Shown here: piece after piece, positions 1 through 9,085 of the stretch
Layout of the letters: the number at the start of each line of letters is the position of its first letter
Numbering within the stretch: position 1 is the first letter of the stretch
Origin: Vibrio vulnificus CMCP6
GTDB taxonomy: Bacteria; Pseudomonadota; Gammaproteobacteria; Enterobacterales; Vibrionaceae
NCBI RefSeq assembly: GCF_000039765.1
Contig: NC_004459.3
Coordinates: 150,001 to 182,000, forward strand
Reading direction: 5' to 3'
DNA: 32,000 bases
Notes under the pieces: generated by a model
Seen by the model: only the letters and a program-made list of their open reading frames with translations
What the model was told of the DNA's origin: nothing
Database searches by the model: none
Position numbers and translations under genes: made by a program

Positions 1-627
1 GTAAATACGGCCAGCACCACCAGTTGCTAAAATGGTCGCTTTCGACTTGAAGTAGCAAATTTCACCCGTTTCCATGCATACCGCTGTACAACCCACAACC
101 GCACCATCTTGGTTTTTCACCAGGTCAAGTGCATACCACTCAGAGAAGATCATGGTTTTGTGTTTTACGTTTTGCTGATACAGAGTGTGGAGCAATGCGT
201 GACCAGTACGGTCAGCCGCTGCAGCGGTACGCGCCGCTTGCTCGCCACCAAACTCTTTTGACTGACCACCAAATGGACGCTGGTAGATACTGCCGTTATC
301 AAAACGAGAGAAAGGCAGACCCATTTTCTCAAGCTCGATCACTGACTCAGGACCATTCTTACACATGTACTCAATGGCATTTTGGTCACCAATGTAGTCA
401 GAACCTTTTACGGTGTCATACATATGCCACTGCCAATCGTCTTTGTGCGAGTTACCTAGAGCAACGGTAATACCACCTTGAGCCGATACAGTGTGTGAGC
501 GTGTTGGAAATACTTTAGATAGCAATGCACAAGAAAGGCCTTGCTCAGAAATTTGTAGTGCAGCACGCATACCTGCACCACCAGCGCCGATTACTACGGC
601 ATCAAATTCGCGAACTGGAATAGACAC
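1..627 (-). CDS. sdhA: Succinate dehydrogenase flavoprotein subunit, N-terminal part, truncated by window edge
   Basis: Minus-strand frame runs from a GTG at 627 ([14 protein letters not shown]...) to the window edge (...[13 protein letters not shown]). It lies immediately after sdhD in sdhC-sdhD-sdhA order. Confidence 0.93.
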   Translation of the reverse strand, partial: MSIPVREFDAVVIGAGGAGMRAALQISEQGLSCALLSKVFPTRSHTVSAQGGITVALGNSHKDDWQWHMYDTVKGSDYIGDQNAIEYMCKNGPESVIELEKMGLPFSRFDNGSIYQRPFGGQSKEFGGEQAARTAAAADRTGHALLHTLYQQNVKHKTMIFSEWYALDLVKNQDGAVVGCTAVCMETGEICYFKSKATILATGGAGRIY

Positions 628-972
628 TTATGCACCCCACAATACAAACAGACCAGAGAAGAAATACCCGAACAGCAGTGCGATCACACCAAGTTGTAAA
701 CCACCACGCAATTTGGCGCACTTGATGTAGTCAGTCAGCACTTGCCATAATCCAATCCAGGCATGAATCAGGACAGAAGCGAGAGCAAGCATGGTGAAGA
801 CTTTAGTAAAAGTGCCACCAAAAAACTGAGTCCAGGATGCATAATTGATATCTGTGAACGCACAGAAGCTAACAAGATAAATGGTGTAAAGAGTCATGAT
901 GATGGCCGTTGCACGAATCAACAAGAAATCGTGCACACCGTTACGGCCAACAGAGGAAACGTGTTTTACCAT
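628..972 (-). CDS. sdhD: Succinate dehydrogenase membrane anchor subunit SdhD
   Basis: 114 aa ORF with three hydrophobic segments, located between sdhC and sdhA; overlaps the sdhC end by a few bases. Confidence 0.92.
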   Translation of the reverse strand: MVKHVSSVGRNGVHDFLLIRATAIIMTLYTIYLVSFCAFTDINYASWTQFFGGTFTKVFTMLALASVLIHAWIGLWQVLTDYIKCAKLRGGLQLGVIALLFGYFFSGLFVLWGA

Positions 973-1358
973 ACCAAAATCCCCGCCAATAGTGATAAGA
1001 CAGCGGTGGCAGCAAATGCAACTTTGGCACTCATTGCGCCAGACTCAAGCTCTTCAAAATGGCCTAAGTCCATCATCAGGTGACGAATACCACCAGCGAT
1101 GTGGTATGCCAACGCAGTTAAAATGCCCCATAGAATAAACTTCACAAAGAAGCTATCGACGATGTCGCTTGCTTCCATAAAGCCTACTGGGGATGACAGA
1201 GAAATGGATAGTAACCAAAGCAAAATTCCCACCGCAACAAACGTAATCACACCTGACACACGGTGCAGGATGGACGCGATTGCTGTGATAGGAAAGCGAA
1301 TGGTCTGTAAATCTAAATTAACAGGTCTTGACTTTCTTTCTTTCACGGGCTTGCTCAC
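966..1358 (-). CDS. sdhC: Succinate dehydrogenase cytochrome b556 subunit SdhC
   Basis: 130 aa ORF with SdhC-type sequence (RPVNLDLQTIRFPITAIASILHRVSGV ... YHIAGGIRHLMMDLGH). Confidence 0.95.
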   Translation of the reverse strand: MSKPVKERKSRPVNLDLQTIRFPITAIASILHRVSGVITFVAVGILLWLLSISLSSPVGFMEASDIVDSFFVKFILWGILTALAYHIAGGIRHLMMDLGHFEELESGAMSAKVAFAATAVLSLLAGILVW

Positions 1359-1417
1359 TCAGCTCCATTGAGCATTTATTGTTATGAACGAATTTTGGCT
1401 CCCAACCCCACAAAAGT

Positions 1418-1432
1418 TAACATTTAATTAAC
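1418..1432 (-). promoter_or_regulatory. Candidate ArcA-binding site upstream of sdhC
   Basis: Plus strand TAACATTTAATTAAC is GTTAATTAAATGTTA on the minus strand, which matches the 15-bp ArcA consensus as I recall it. It lies about 60 bp upstream of the sdhC start. Confidence 0.6.
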
Positions 1433-1753
1433 AACATTCCGGCAAATGATTCCATTAAATTGTAAAAAACTTGTTAACAAAAAAGCTAAAAGAAACACCT
1501 CACAATTGTTTCTAGCCCCGAATTTATAAGGAGTTAACCAAAAATTTCTGCGCCACTATACGGCTGGCAACATTCTAATACAATTGATGTAACAAATTAT
1601 GCTACACAGAACAGATTTTTAACGATTTTAATGCAAAAAATAATAACAAGTGCACACAAAAAGGGAGAAGAATTGACTTTAATCTTTAACACCAGTACAA
1701 AAAAGGCACATAAACATCCTGGACGGATTAAATAATAAACAAAGGAGATTGTT

Positions 1754-3043
1754 ATGGCGGATAAGAAAGCGACCCTTCATGTTGAAGGTAAAGCGCCGAT
1801 CGAATTGCCAATTATGGAAGGTTCTTTGGGAACGCCTGTAATTGATGTTCGTAAGCTAGGAGCGAACGGCTACTTCACTTTCGACCCGGGTTTTCTTGCC
1901 ACTGCATCTTGTGAATCGCAAATAACATACATCGACGGCGGAAAAGGCATCCTGCTTCACCGTGGATACCCTATTGATCAGCTTGCAAACAACGCTGATT
2001 ACCTAGAGGTTTGTTATATTCTACTTTACGGTGAAGCCCCTACTCGTGAGCAATACGAGAAATTCAAAACAACTGTTACTCGCCACACTATGGTGCACGA
2101 ACAAATTGCCAGCTTCTTCCATGGCTTCCGTCGTGATGCACACCCTATGGCAGTAATGTGTGGTGTTGTTGGCGCACTTGCTGCGTTCTACCACGATTCT
2201 CTAGACATCAATAATGACCTGCACCGTGAGATCACAGCGTATCGTCTGTTGTCTAAGATGCCGACTTTGGCTGCGATGTGTTACAAGTACTCTACAGGCC
2301 AGCCGTTCATCTACCCTCGCAATGATTTGAGCTACGCAGAAAACTTCCTACACATGATGTTTGCTACACCATGTGAAGAATATGAAGTAAACCCTGTCGT
2401 TGCACGTGCGATGGACAAAATCTTCACTCTGCACGCAGACCACGAACAAAATGCGTCAACGTCAACGGTACGTTTGGCGGGTTCTTCTGGTGCAAACCCG
2501 TTTGCTTGTATTGCGGCAGGTATTGCATCGCTTTGGGGTCCAGCTCATGGCGGCGCAAATGAAGCGTGTTTGAAGATGTTGGAAGAGATTGGTTCAGTCG
2601 ACAACATTCCTGAGTACGTGGATCGAGCGAAAGACAAAGATGACCCATTCCGTTTGATGGGCTTTGGTCACCGTGTTTACAAGAACTACGATCCACGCGC
2701 AACCGTCATGCGTGAAACCTGTCATGAAGTGCTTAAAGAGCTCAACATTCAAGATCCACTGCTTGATGTTGCAATGGAACTTGAGCGTATTGCTCTTTCA
2801 GACGAGTACTTTGTATCGAAGAAACTGTACCCGAACGTTGATTTCTACTCAGGCATCATTCTGAAAGCGATTGGCATTCCAGTTTCAATGTTTACCGTTA
2901 TCTTCGCAATTTCACGCACCATCGGTTGGATTGCACACTGGAACGAAATGCACAGTGACCCACTGAACCGTATCGGTCGCCCTCGCCAGTTGTACACAGG
3001 GGAAGTCCAACGCGATTTCCAACCTATGCACGAACGCGAGTAA
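1754..3043 (+). CDS. gltA: Type II citrate synthase
   Basis: 429 aa ORF with citrate synthase signature ([14 protein letters not shown]) and ~10 bp upstream AAAGGAG RBS. Confidence 0.98.
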   Translation: MADKKATLHVEGKAPIELPIMEGSLGTPVIDVRKLGANGYFTFDPGFLATASCESQITYIDGGKGILLHRGYPIDQLANNADYLEVCYILLYGEAPTREQYEKFKTTVTRHTMVHEQIASFFHGFRRDAHPMAVMCGVVGALAAFYHDSLDINNDLHREITAYRLLSKMPTLAAMCYKYSTGQPFIYPRNDLSYAENFLHMMFATPCEEYEVNPVVARAMDKIFTLHADHEQNASTSTVRLAGSSGANPFACIAAGIASLWGPAHGGANEACLKMLEEIGSVDNIPEYVDRAKDKDDPFRLMGFGHRVYKNYDPRATVMRETCHEVLKELNIQDPLLDVAMELERIALSDEYFVSKKLYPNVDFYSGIILKAIGIPVSMFTVIFAISRTIGWIAHWNEMHSDPLNRIGRPRQLYTGEVQRDFQPMHERE

Positions 3044-3062
3044 TACGCACAGTGTTAAAACT

Positions 3063-3095
3063 AAAAAGGGTTGAGACATGGTCTCAACCCTTTTT
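3063..3095. terminator. Bidirectional rho-independent terminator between gltA and the YbgI/Nif3-like gene
   Basis: Perfect 15-bp stem AAAAAGGGTTGAGAC / GTCTCAACCCTTTTT with a 3-nt loop between convergent genes. Confidence 0.92.
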
Positions 3096-3119
3096 GTTTG
3101 TGGCTTTATGGTATTGGGC

Positions 3120-3878
3120 CTATACCGGATTATCGATATCAATAAATTCAACATCCAATTGGTGTTGTTGTACCAACCATTCACCAAGCGCCTTAATTCC
3201 GTAACGCTCAGTAGCATGATGGCCAGCGGCATAGTAATGGATATCTAGCTCTCGGGCACTGTAAGTGGTTCGCTCTGAAATTTCGCCAGAGATAAAAGCA
3301 TCTAGGCCATGTTGTGCAGCAAGCTCAATGTAATCTTGTCCACCACCAGTACACCAACCTACCGTTTCAATCATTTTATGACGATTTTCTGGGGCAATGT
3401 GCAAAGGTTCGCGGTTAAGCGCAGATGCTATTTTTTGGGCAAATTCAGCCCCTGTAAGCGGTTGTTTGAGGCGCCCAAACATGGCCACGGATTGAGGATG
3501 CCCTTCTAAACCACCCTCAACCTTTATCTCAAGCAAACGTGCCAGCTCAGCGTTGTTACCGAGCTCCGGGTGAATGTCGAGAGGCAAGTGATAGGCAAAT
3601 AAGTTGAGATCATTTTTAATCAGAGTGCGGACGCGTTTTCCTTTCATGCCACGGATAGGCTCAGCTTCACCTTTCCAAAAATAGCCGTGGTGCACAAGCA
3701 GCGCATCGGCATTGAGCTCAACCGCTTTATCGATTAACGCTTGAGAAGCGGTCACACCGGTGATGATTTTTTTTATCGTCTCACTGCCTTCGATTTGCAG
3801 GCCATTTGGGCAGTAATCTTTAATCAACTGGGGGGTCAGTTTCTCATTTAAGATTTTTTCTAGTTCGAGGTTGTTCAT
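3120..3878 (-). CDS. ybgI: Nif3-like dinuclear metal center hexameric protein (YbgI family)
   Basis: MNNLELEKILNEKLTPQLIKDYCPNGLQIEG... with LLVHHGYFWKGE and HHATERYGIKALGEWL motifs. The supplied ORF starts at 3959, but the conserved N-terminus begins at the ATG at 3878. Confidence 0.93.
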   Translation of the reverse strand: MNNLELEKILNEKLTPQLIKDYCPNGLQIEGSETIKKIITGVTASQALIDKAVELNADALLVHHGYFWKGEAEPIRGMKGKRVRTLIKNDLNLFAYHLPLDIHPELGNNAELARLLEIKVEGGLEGHPQSVAMFGRLKQPLTGAEFAQKIASALNREPLHIAPENRHKMIETVGWCTGGGQDYIELAAQHGLDAFISGEISERTTYSARELDIHYYAAGHHATERYGIKALGEWLVQQHQLDVEFIDIDNPV

Positions 3879-3960
3879 CTTAGATTCCAGACTTAAGTTA
3901 CACGCAAAGTGTATACTCAAGCTTGTCGGCAATACAATATCGGATCCAACCTCGAGCACA

Positions 3961-4722
3961 ATGATGGAATCACAACTGCGCTTTCTACACTGGATATTAC
4001 ATTCTCCCTCTCTGTTTGAACTGAAACCACCTTTTGCTCAGTTACAGCCTCTCGATGTCTCCCTGCCATCAGCCTTACCACCCTATCAAGGTAACAAGAG
4101 ATTGGGCTTCTTATATCAACACCTATGTAGCACCCTATTTCAAAACACCAAGACGATTGATTTCGTTGAAGAAGAATTGCAGCTAAAAGATCACCAGCGC
4201 ACACTCGGCGCCATCGATTTTATGTTGCGTAATACCGCTGAGTCGAATTACCAGCATTGGGAGGTGGCGATCAAGTTCTACTTATTGTGCGACGGGTTGT
4301 GGTATGGCCCTAATGCGAAAGATCGCCTCGACAAAAAGTTACACCATATGCTCAATCATCAGTTGAAGATGAGCTCAAACGAGGCATTCTTAGCAACGCA
4401 TCCCCAATACCGCAATTGCAGCGAACACCTTCTCATGCAAGGGCGGCTCTACATTAATCCCTTTTTAGATCAAGTCATTCCTCAAGAGTGCTTGGGATAT
4501 TCCCTCAATGCGCTGGTAATCAAAGGATATTGGTGTTTTGCCCATCAATGGGCTCAGATACCCGAACCACTCTATGCGTTGGAAAAACACGATTGGGCCG
4601 TGGGAACCAGCGAGTTTGACACGCCAATCCAGGAACCACAGGATAGGTTTGTTCACGCACAAAGTAAAAGTGGCCAATTCTGGTTTATCGTGCCGGATAA
4701 CTGGCCACATAATGGAATGTAA
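3961..4722 (+). CDS. DUF1853 family protein
   Basis: ORF with the pattern LRFLHWILHSPSLFE ... RLGFLYQHL ... HWEVAIKFYLL ... GPNAKDRLDKKL. The start at 3961 (MMESQLRFL) is preferred over the supplied 3871, which would overlap the divergent gene. Confidence 0.8.
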   Translation: MMESQLRFLHWILHSPSLFELKPPFAQLQPLDVSLPSALPPYQGNKRLGFLYQHLCSTLFQNTKTIDFVEEELQLKDHQRTLGAIDFMLRNTAESNYQHWEVAIKFYLLCDGLWYGPNAKDRLDKKLHHMLNHQLKMSSNEAFLATHPQYRNCSEHLLMQGRLYINPFLDQVIPQECLGYSLNALVIKGYWCFAHQWAQIPEPLYALEKHDWAVGTSEFDTPIQEPQDRFVHAQSKSGQFWFIVPDNWPHNGM

Positions 4723-4724
4723 AA

Positions 4725-4745
4725 AAGGGAAGCATCGCTTCCCTT
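4725..4745. terminator. Rho-independent terminator for the minus-strand cystine/disulfide cluster, possibly also serving DUF1853
   Basis: Perfect stem AAGGGAAGC / GCTTCCCTT with 3-nt loop, followed on the minus strand by a T-run (A-run at 4721-4726). Confidence 0.8.
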
Positions 4746-4757
4746 CGTACTGTGCCA

Positions 4758-6080
4758 TTATTTCGCGACATTGCCAGCCACATTTAATGCATCCCATGTG
4801 CGTGCAAATGGCGGCGCGTAGCAAAAGTCCATGTAACCTAGCTGTTGTGTGGTCATTTTGGCCGTAATCGCAACCGCTAGCGCGTTGATTCGACCCACAG
4901 CACCTTTTTTACCAACAATCTCACCGCCAAGTAGAACCTTAGTCTCTGGGTGGTAAACCAACTTCACTTTGATATCTTCTTGGCCTGGGTAGTAATCGGT
5001 TTGGTTCTTATCTGAAATGGTGGAAACCCTCACATCTAAGCCATGCTCTTTGGCGAGCAGTTCAGATACGCCAGTGCATGCGAGTTCGTAGTCCAACACT
5101 TTTAAACAAGATGAGCCTAGGAAACCATTCATGTAAGTGTCTTTGCCTGCAAGCTTATCCGCCATCATGCGCGCTTGTTTGTTGGCTGTCGTCGCTAGAG
5201 GAACATAAACCGTTTTGCCTAGCGCCATATGATGAACCACCGCACAGTCACCAACCGCGTAGATATGCTCATCTTCTGTTGCACCAAACTCGTCGACAAG
5301 CAATGCGCCGTTAGCCGCTTTTGGTAACTCGAACGCTTCTGTGTTTGGTTTGAAGCCCAGGGACATAATCACCACGTCTGCCGCGACGCTGCCGTTGTCG
5401 GTTTCGACAAGATAACCGCCCTGCTCTGCATCGCGAATGGCCGATACGCTGCAACTGGTTTTAAGCTCAGCGCCAGATTCGCGAATCGCGCCTTCCACAA
5501 CGTCGATCATTTCAGGGCTGAATTGACGACTCATGACATGTTGCTCGCGTTCAATGATGGTGACATGCTTACCTAGTAAGTGCGCGGCATCAAACACTTC
5601 AAGACCGATAAAACCACCGCCAATCACGCAAACGCGTTGTTTGTTGCTGTCCTTAAGCGCTTGTTTTACTGCCAAGCCATCTTCCATGCTGGTTAACGTG
5701 TATACGTGCTCTGGGTTGAACTCACCAAAGGAAGGGATGATTGGACGAGCACCAGTGGCAATCACCAGCATATCGTAATCTAAAATGGTTTCTTCACCTT
5801 GATGACGAACCGTGATCTGCTTTTCAATGCGCTCTAAAGCCACCATTTCGGTTTCAATGCGCACATCCAAGCCAGATTTAATCGCCTGTTCTGGCGTACG
5901 AGAAATCATACGCTCGGTGTCATCAAACATGCCACCAGCAAAGTAAGGTAAGCCACACGCACCAAATGAGATGTAATCTCGCTTATCCAGCACAATCACT
6001 TCATCCGACGGCTGATTACGCTTGTACTTTGCAGCAAAACTCATCCCAGCGGCGCTACCGCCTACGACAACAACTTTCAT
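4758..6080 (-). CDS. CoA-disulfide reductase-like pyridine nucleotide-disulfide oxidoreductase (FAD-dependent), no rhodanese domain
   Basis: 440 aa with N-terminal Rossmann motif VVVVGGSAAGMSFAA, active-site type SFGACGLPYFAGG with a single Cys (Cys42), second Rossmann RVCVIGGGFIGLE, and FAD motif YAVGDCAVV. Length matches CoADR without the C-terminal rhodanese domain. Confidence 0.85.
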   Translation of the reverse strand: MKVVVVGGSAAGMSFAAKYKRNQPSDEVIVLDKRDYISFGACGLPYFAGGMFDDTERMISRTPEQAIKSGLDVRIETEMVALERIEKQITVRHQGEETILDYDMLVIATGARPIIPSFGEFNPEHVYTLTSMEDGLAVKQALKDSNKQRVCVIGGGFIGLEVFDAAHLLGKHVTIIEREQHVMSRQFSPEMIDVVEGAIRESGAELKTSCSVSAIRDAEQGGYLVETDNGSVAADVVIMSLGFKPNTEAFELPKAANGALLVDEFGATEDEHIYAVGDCAVVHHMALGKTVYVPLATTANKQARMMADKLAGKDTYMNGFLGSSCLKVLDYELACTGVSELLAKEHGLDVRVSTISDKNQTDYYPGQEDIKVKLVYHPETKVLLGGEIVGKKGAVGRINALAVAITAKMTTQQLGYMDFCYAPPFARTWDALNVAGNVAK

Positions 6081-6117
6081 ATTTACTACCTAAATAAACT
6101 GAACTTAGGAAAACCGA

Positions 6118-6139
6118 AGAGCACCCTTATGGGTGCTCT
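6118..6139 (-). terminator. Hairpin between the transporter and the downstream oxidoreductase gene; weak terminator or attenuator candidate
   Basis: Perfect 9-bp stem AGAGCACCC / GGGTGCTCT with 4-nt loop. On the minus strand it is followed by TCGGTTTTCC, so the T-tract is weak. Confidence 0.5.
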
Positions 6140-6155
6140 CCATTTCGTTTACACA

Positions 6156-7562
6156 TTACACCGCCGCTTCTTTGGTCGCTGTTGCACCATTCTCTGCGTT
6201 GTATTGCTCAAGATTTAACGAGCCATTCTTCTTCGCGGTAAGCACACCAGACAGCATTGAACCAGAGATGTTAAGCGCAGTACGAGCCATATCGATTAAT
6301 GCTTCGATCGAAACTAGAATCGCTACCACCGTGATATCAAGGCCCATAATGGTTAGTACCGCCACTGCTGCGAACGTTGCACCGCCACCCACACCGGCAA
6401 TGCCGAATGACGCAATCGCGATAACGGCGATCAGCTGTAGTACAAAACTTAAATCAACTGGAATGCCCATCACTTGAGAAGCCATAATTGCAAGCATTGC
6501 AGGGTAGATACCCGCACACCCATTCTGACCGATACTGGTACCAAATGTTGCTGACATATTTGCCGTTTCTTCATCCACACCCAAACGCTGAGTTTGCGTT
6601 TCTACGTTGAGTGGAATAGCAGCCATACTTGAGCGAGATCCAAAACCAAAGACGAGTACAGGCCAAGTCTTCTTCATGAACTTCGCAGGCGATAGACCAA
6701 ACATAGACACCATCACGAAGTGGATAGCAAACATCACACCAATGGCCACGTAACTTGCAAGTAGGAAGCGCCCCATTTCTGCCAGTGCGAACAAATCGTT
6801 GGTCATCATGAACGTGGTCATCAGAGCAAACACACCGTAAGGCGTCAGCTTGAGAATCTCACGTACCATTGAAAGCACCACTTCTTTGGCAGCATTGATG
6901 AAATCAACGAAGTTTTGCACTTTCTCCGGCTTACGGTTTTTCACTTGCAGGATACAGTAGCCAAGGAACATACCGAACAGTACCGTCGATAGCGTTGAAG
7001 TGCGCTGAGAGCCCGTTAGCATGTCGAAAATATTGGTTGGGATAATGGATAACGCCATGCCAGATAAGCCACTGCTGGCCATTGCACTCTGGGTTGCAAC
7101 CAAAGCATTGCCACGCGCTTCAATGGCGCTGTTGGTACCAATTGTACTCACAAGCGCATTGGCATCGATACCGAATAGGTAAATACTTGCGATGCCCACA
7201 GCGGCGGAGATAGCACAAGTGAAAAGTAGAATACCGATGATTTTGGGCGCGATACGAGATAGAGCGCCACCGCCCTCTACGTTCATGATTGACGAAATCA
7301 TGGCAACGAAGACCAGTGGAATCACGATCATTTGCAGTAGCTTGATGTAGCCTTTGCCAAACACAGAAATCAGCTCGGCAAATCCTGCGGTAGCAACGTT
7401 GCCAACACCGAATACGAGTTGAATCGCGCCGCCAAATAACAGACCAGCAGCAAGCGCACTCAGTACGCGGAAGTTAAAGCTTTTCTTCTGTTTTTTAAAG
7501 TTCGCAAGTAACGCATAGAACCCGAAGAACAATACGCTTAATGCGATAAATGATAAGCTCAT
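6156..7562 (-). CDS. tcyP: L-cystine transporter, dicarboxylate/amino acid:cation symporter family (TcyP/YdjN-like)
   Basis: 468 aa multi-TM protein with GYIKLLQMIVIPLVFVAMISSIMNVEGG, MSATFGTSIGQNGCAGIYPAMLA and GIAGVGGGATFAAVAVLTIMGL, resembling TcyP. Confidence 0.85.
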   Translation of the reverse strand: MSLSFIALSVLFFGFYALLANFKKQKKSFNFRVLSALAAGLLFGGAIQLVFGVGNVATAGFAELISVFGKGYIKLLQMIVIPLVFVAMISSIMNVEGGGALSRIAPKIIGILLFTCAISAAVGIASIYLFGIDANALVSTIGTNSAIEARGNALVATQSAMASSGLSGMALSIIPTNIFDMLTGSQRTSTLSTVLFGMFLGYCILQVKNRKPEKVQNFVDFINAAKEVVLSMVREILKLTPYGVFALMTTFMMTNDLFALAEMGRFLLASYVAIGVMFAIHFVMVSMFGLSPAKFMKKTWPVLVFGFGSRSSMAAIPLNVETQTQRLGVDEETANMSATFGTSIGQNGCAGIYPAMLAIMASQVMGIPVDLSFVLQLIAVIAIASFGIAGVGGGATFAAVAVLTIMGLDITVVAILVSIEALIDMARTALNISGSMLSGVLTAKKNGSLNLEQYNAENGATATKEAAV

Positions 7563-7601
7563 GAGAGTCTCCTATTGATGCTCATGGTTTCCGGATGGCC
7601 G

Positions 7602-7985
7602 TTACTTTTTGTAGGCAATGGCTTCAATTTCAACTAACGCGTCTTTTGGCAGTCGTGCCGCTTCGACGCACGAGCGCGCTGGTGCATTCTCAGTACCAAA
7701 CACCTCCGTGTACACCTCATTAAATGCAGCGAAGTTTTCCATATCGGAAAGAAAGCAAGTGGTTTTCAGTACGCTATCGAGCCCAGCACCACTGGCTTCC
7801 AATACCGCTTTCAGGTTATCCAACGACTGTTTTGCTTGTTCCTTAATCCCACCTTCAACAAATTGCATTGTTTCTGGAACTAATGGAAGCTGGCCTGAGG
7901 TGTAAACCACCTCTCCATAAATGGTTCCTTGCGAATATGGGCCAATGGCCGCAGGGGCTGCTGGTGTGGATATAATTTCTTTCAC
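7602..7985 (-). CDS. RidA family enamine/imine deaminase
   Basis: 127 aa with [24 protein letters not shown] and [24 protein letters not shown], which are RidA/YjgF motifs including the conserved Arg. Confidence 0.94.
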   Translation of the reverse strand: MKEIISTPAAPAAIGPYSQGTIYGEVVYTSGQLPLVPETMQFVEGGIKEQAKQSLDNLKAVLEASGAGLDSVLKTTCFLSDMENFAAFNEVYTEVFGTENAPARSCVEAARLPKDALVEIEAIAYKK

Positions 7986-8007
7986 GTTAAACTCCTTAAT
8001 TAACGAA

Positions 8008-8676
8008 CTATTCTGATTTAAATTCTCGAATAAATTTATAAATAGCTTGGCGACTGATCCCCAAGCTTTCTGATATCTGTGTCGTCGTCTCTTTTAATTC
8101 AAAAATACCATTTTCAAAAAGATTGCGAACAATGGCTTTATTACGACCTTTTGTCGTAATTGATGTGTTGTTCTCTATTTCACTTATTGCTGACGCGAGT
8201 GCTTGTTGAATAACGTCATTCGCGTTATTACTGAAATTTTCATGAACCAAGGAATTGGTCGACGTACATTGAGGAAGTAAGGTTTTGATGATCTCAGGAA
8301 ACGGAAAAGAGAGATTCATATTGATACATAACATACCAATAGGTTTTTTATTGGGTCCATCAAGCACACATGTTGTCGATTTTAGTAACGAGCCATCCGC
8401 CGAGTTGGTGAAATAACTCTTCGGTGACACTTCTCCCGTTTTTTCAAAACGACTCCACATACGAAGCCCAAGGTCGGTAATTGGTGAGCCGATTTTTCGT
8501 CCTGTATGATGACCATTGACGATTTTAACCACTGAGTTTTCAAGACTTTCAAAAGAATGAATAACCACTTCACAGTGAGGACCTATGAGATCCGCAATGG
8601 TGTCCGCAAGACGGTAGTAGCTTTTCAGCGCTTCTCTGTCTTCGTTAGTAAATCGTACTTGTTTTACACTCATCAT
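8008..8676 (-). CDS. YheO-type (PAS-like plus C-terminal HTH) transcriptional regulator
   Basis: 222 aa. N-terminal [47 protein letters not shown] and C-terminal [25 protein letters not shown] helix-turn-helix. Confidence 0.88.
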   Translation of the reverse strand: MMSVKQVRFTNEDREALKSYYRLADTIADLIGPHCEVVIHSFESLENSVVKIVNGHHTGRKIGSPITDLGLRMWSRFEKTGEVSPKSYFTNSADGSLLKSTTCVLDGPNKKPIGMLCINMNLSFPFPEIIKTLLPQCTSTNSLVHENFSNNANDVIQQALASAISEIENNTSITTKGRNKAIVRNLFENGIFELKETTTQISESLGISRQAIYKFIREFKSE

Positions 8677-9020
8677 AGTCAGTTTACATATTTAAACTCA
8701 ATGACAAAAAAATACTCCTTTAGAGTTACTTCAACAAGTATGAGTAGACATTTTTAAACTTAAATTGAACAAACTAAAAGCGATCTGAATCAAATTTAAC
8801 CTGAATTAACGTGAGTTATTTTCGAGCAAAATCACCAATTCAAACCAATAGTTGTTTAATTTTTTAAACTTAATCATGGTTTAAAAATTTTAATCGAAAC
8901 AGAGCAGAGTTTCATTATTTAATGATCTAACTCAATTTCGAAAAAAATCATTAAAATAAACAGCAAGAATGAATCAAACAAATACATTCGACATATGAAT
9001 TTAATTTTATTCCGACAATA

Positions 9021-9049
9021 AAAATCCCAAACACTGTGTTTGGGATTTT
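9021..9049. terminator. Rho-independent terminator downstream of pgm
   Basis: AAAATCCCAAACA / TGTTTGGGATTTT 13-bp stem with 3-nt loop; T-rich on both sides. Confidence 0.85.
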
Positions 9050-9085
9050 AATTATCATTGGAAAGCCATTATCAGCCGTAAAGAA

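Noticed and set aside
129-1371. Plus-strand ORFs at 129..470, 491..730, 763..1083, 896..1138 and 1099..1371
   Set aside because: They lie antisense to the confidently identified sdhA, sdhD and sdhC genes and have no recognisable family or RBS support.
2424-3232. ORFs 2424..2702 (-), 2664..2864 (+) and 2912..3232 (-)
   Set aside because: They overlap gltA in other frames or span its terminator. Low-complexity translations are consistent with shadow ORFs.
5078-5778. ORFs 5078..5314 and 5533..5778 (+)
   Set aside because: Antisense shadows of the CoA-disulfide-reductase-like gene.
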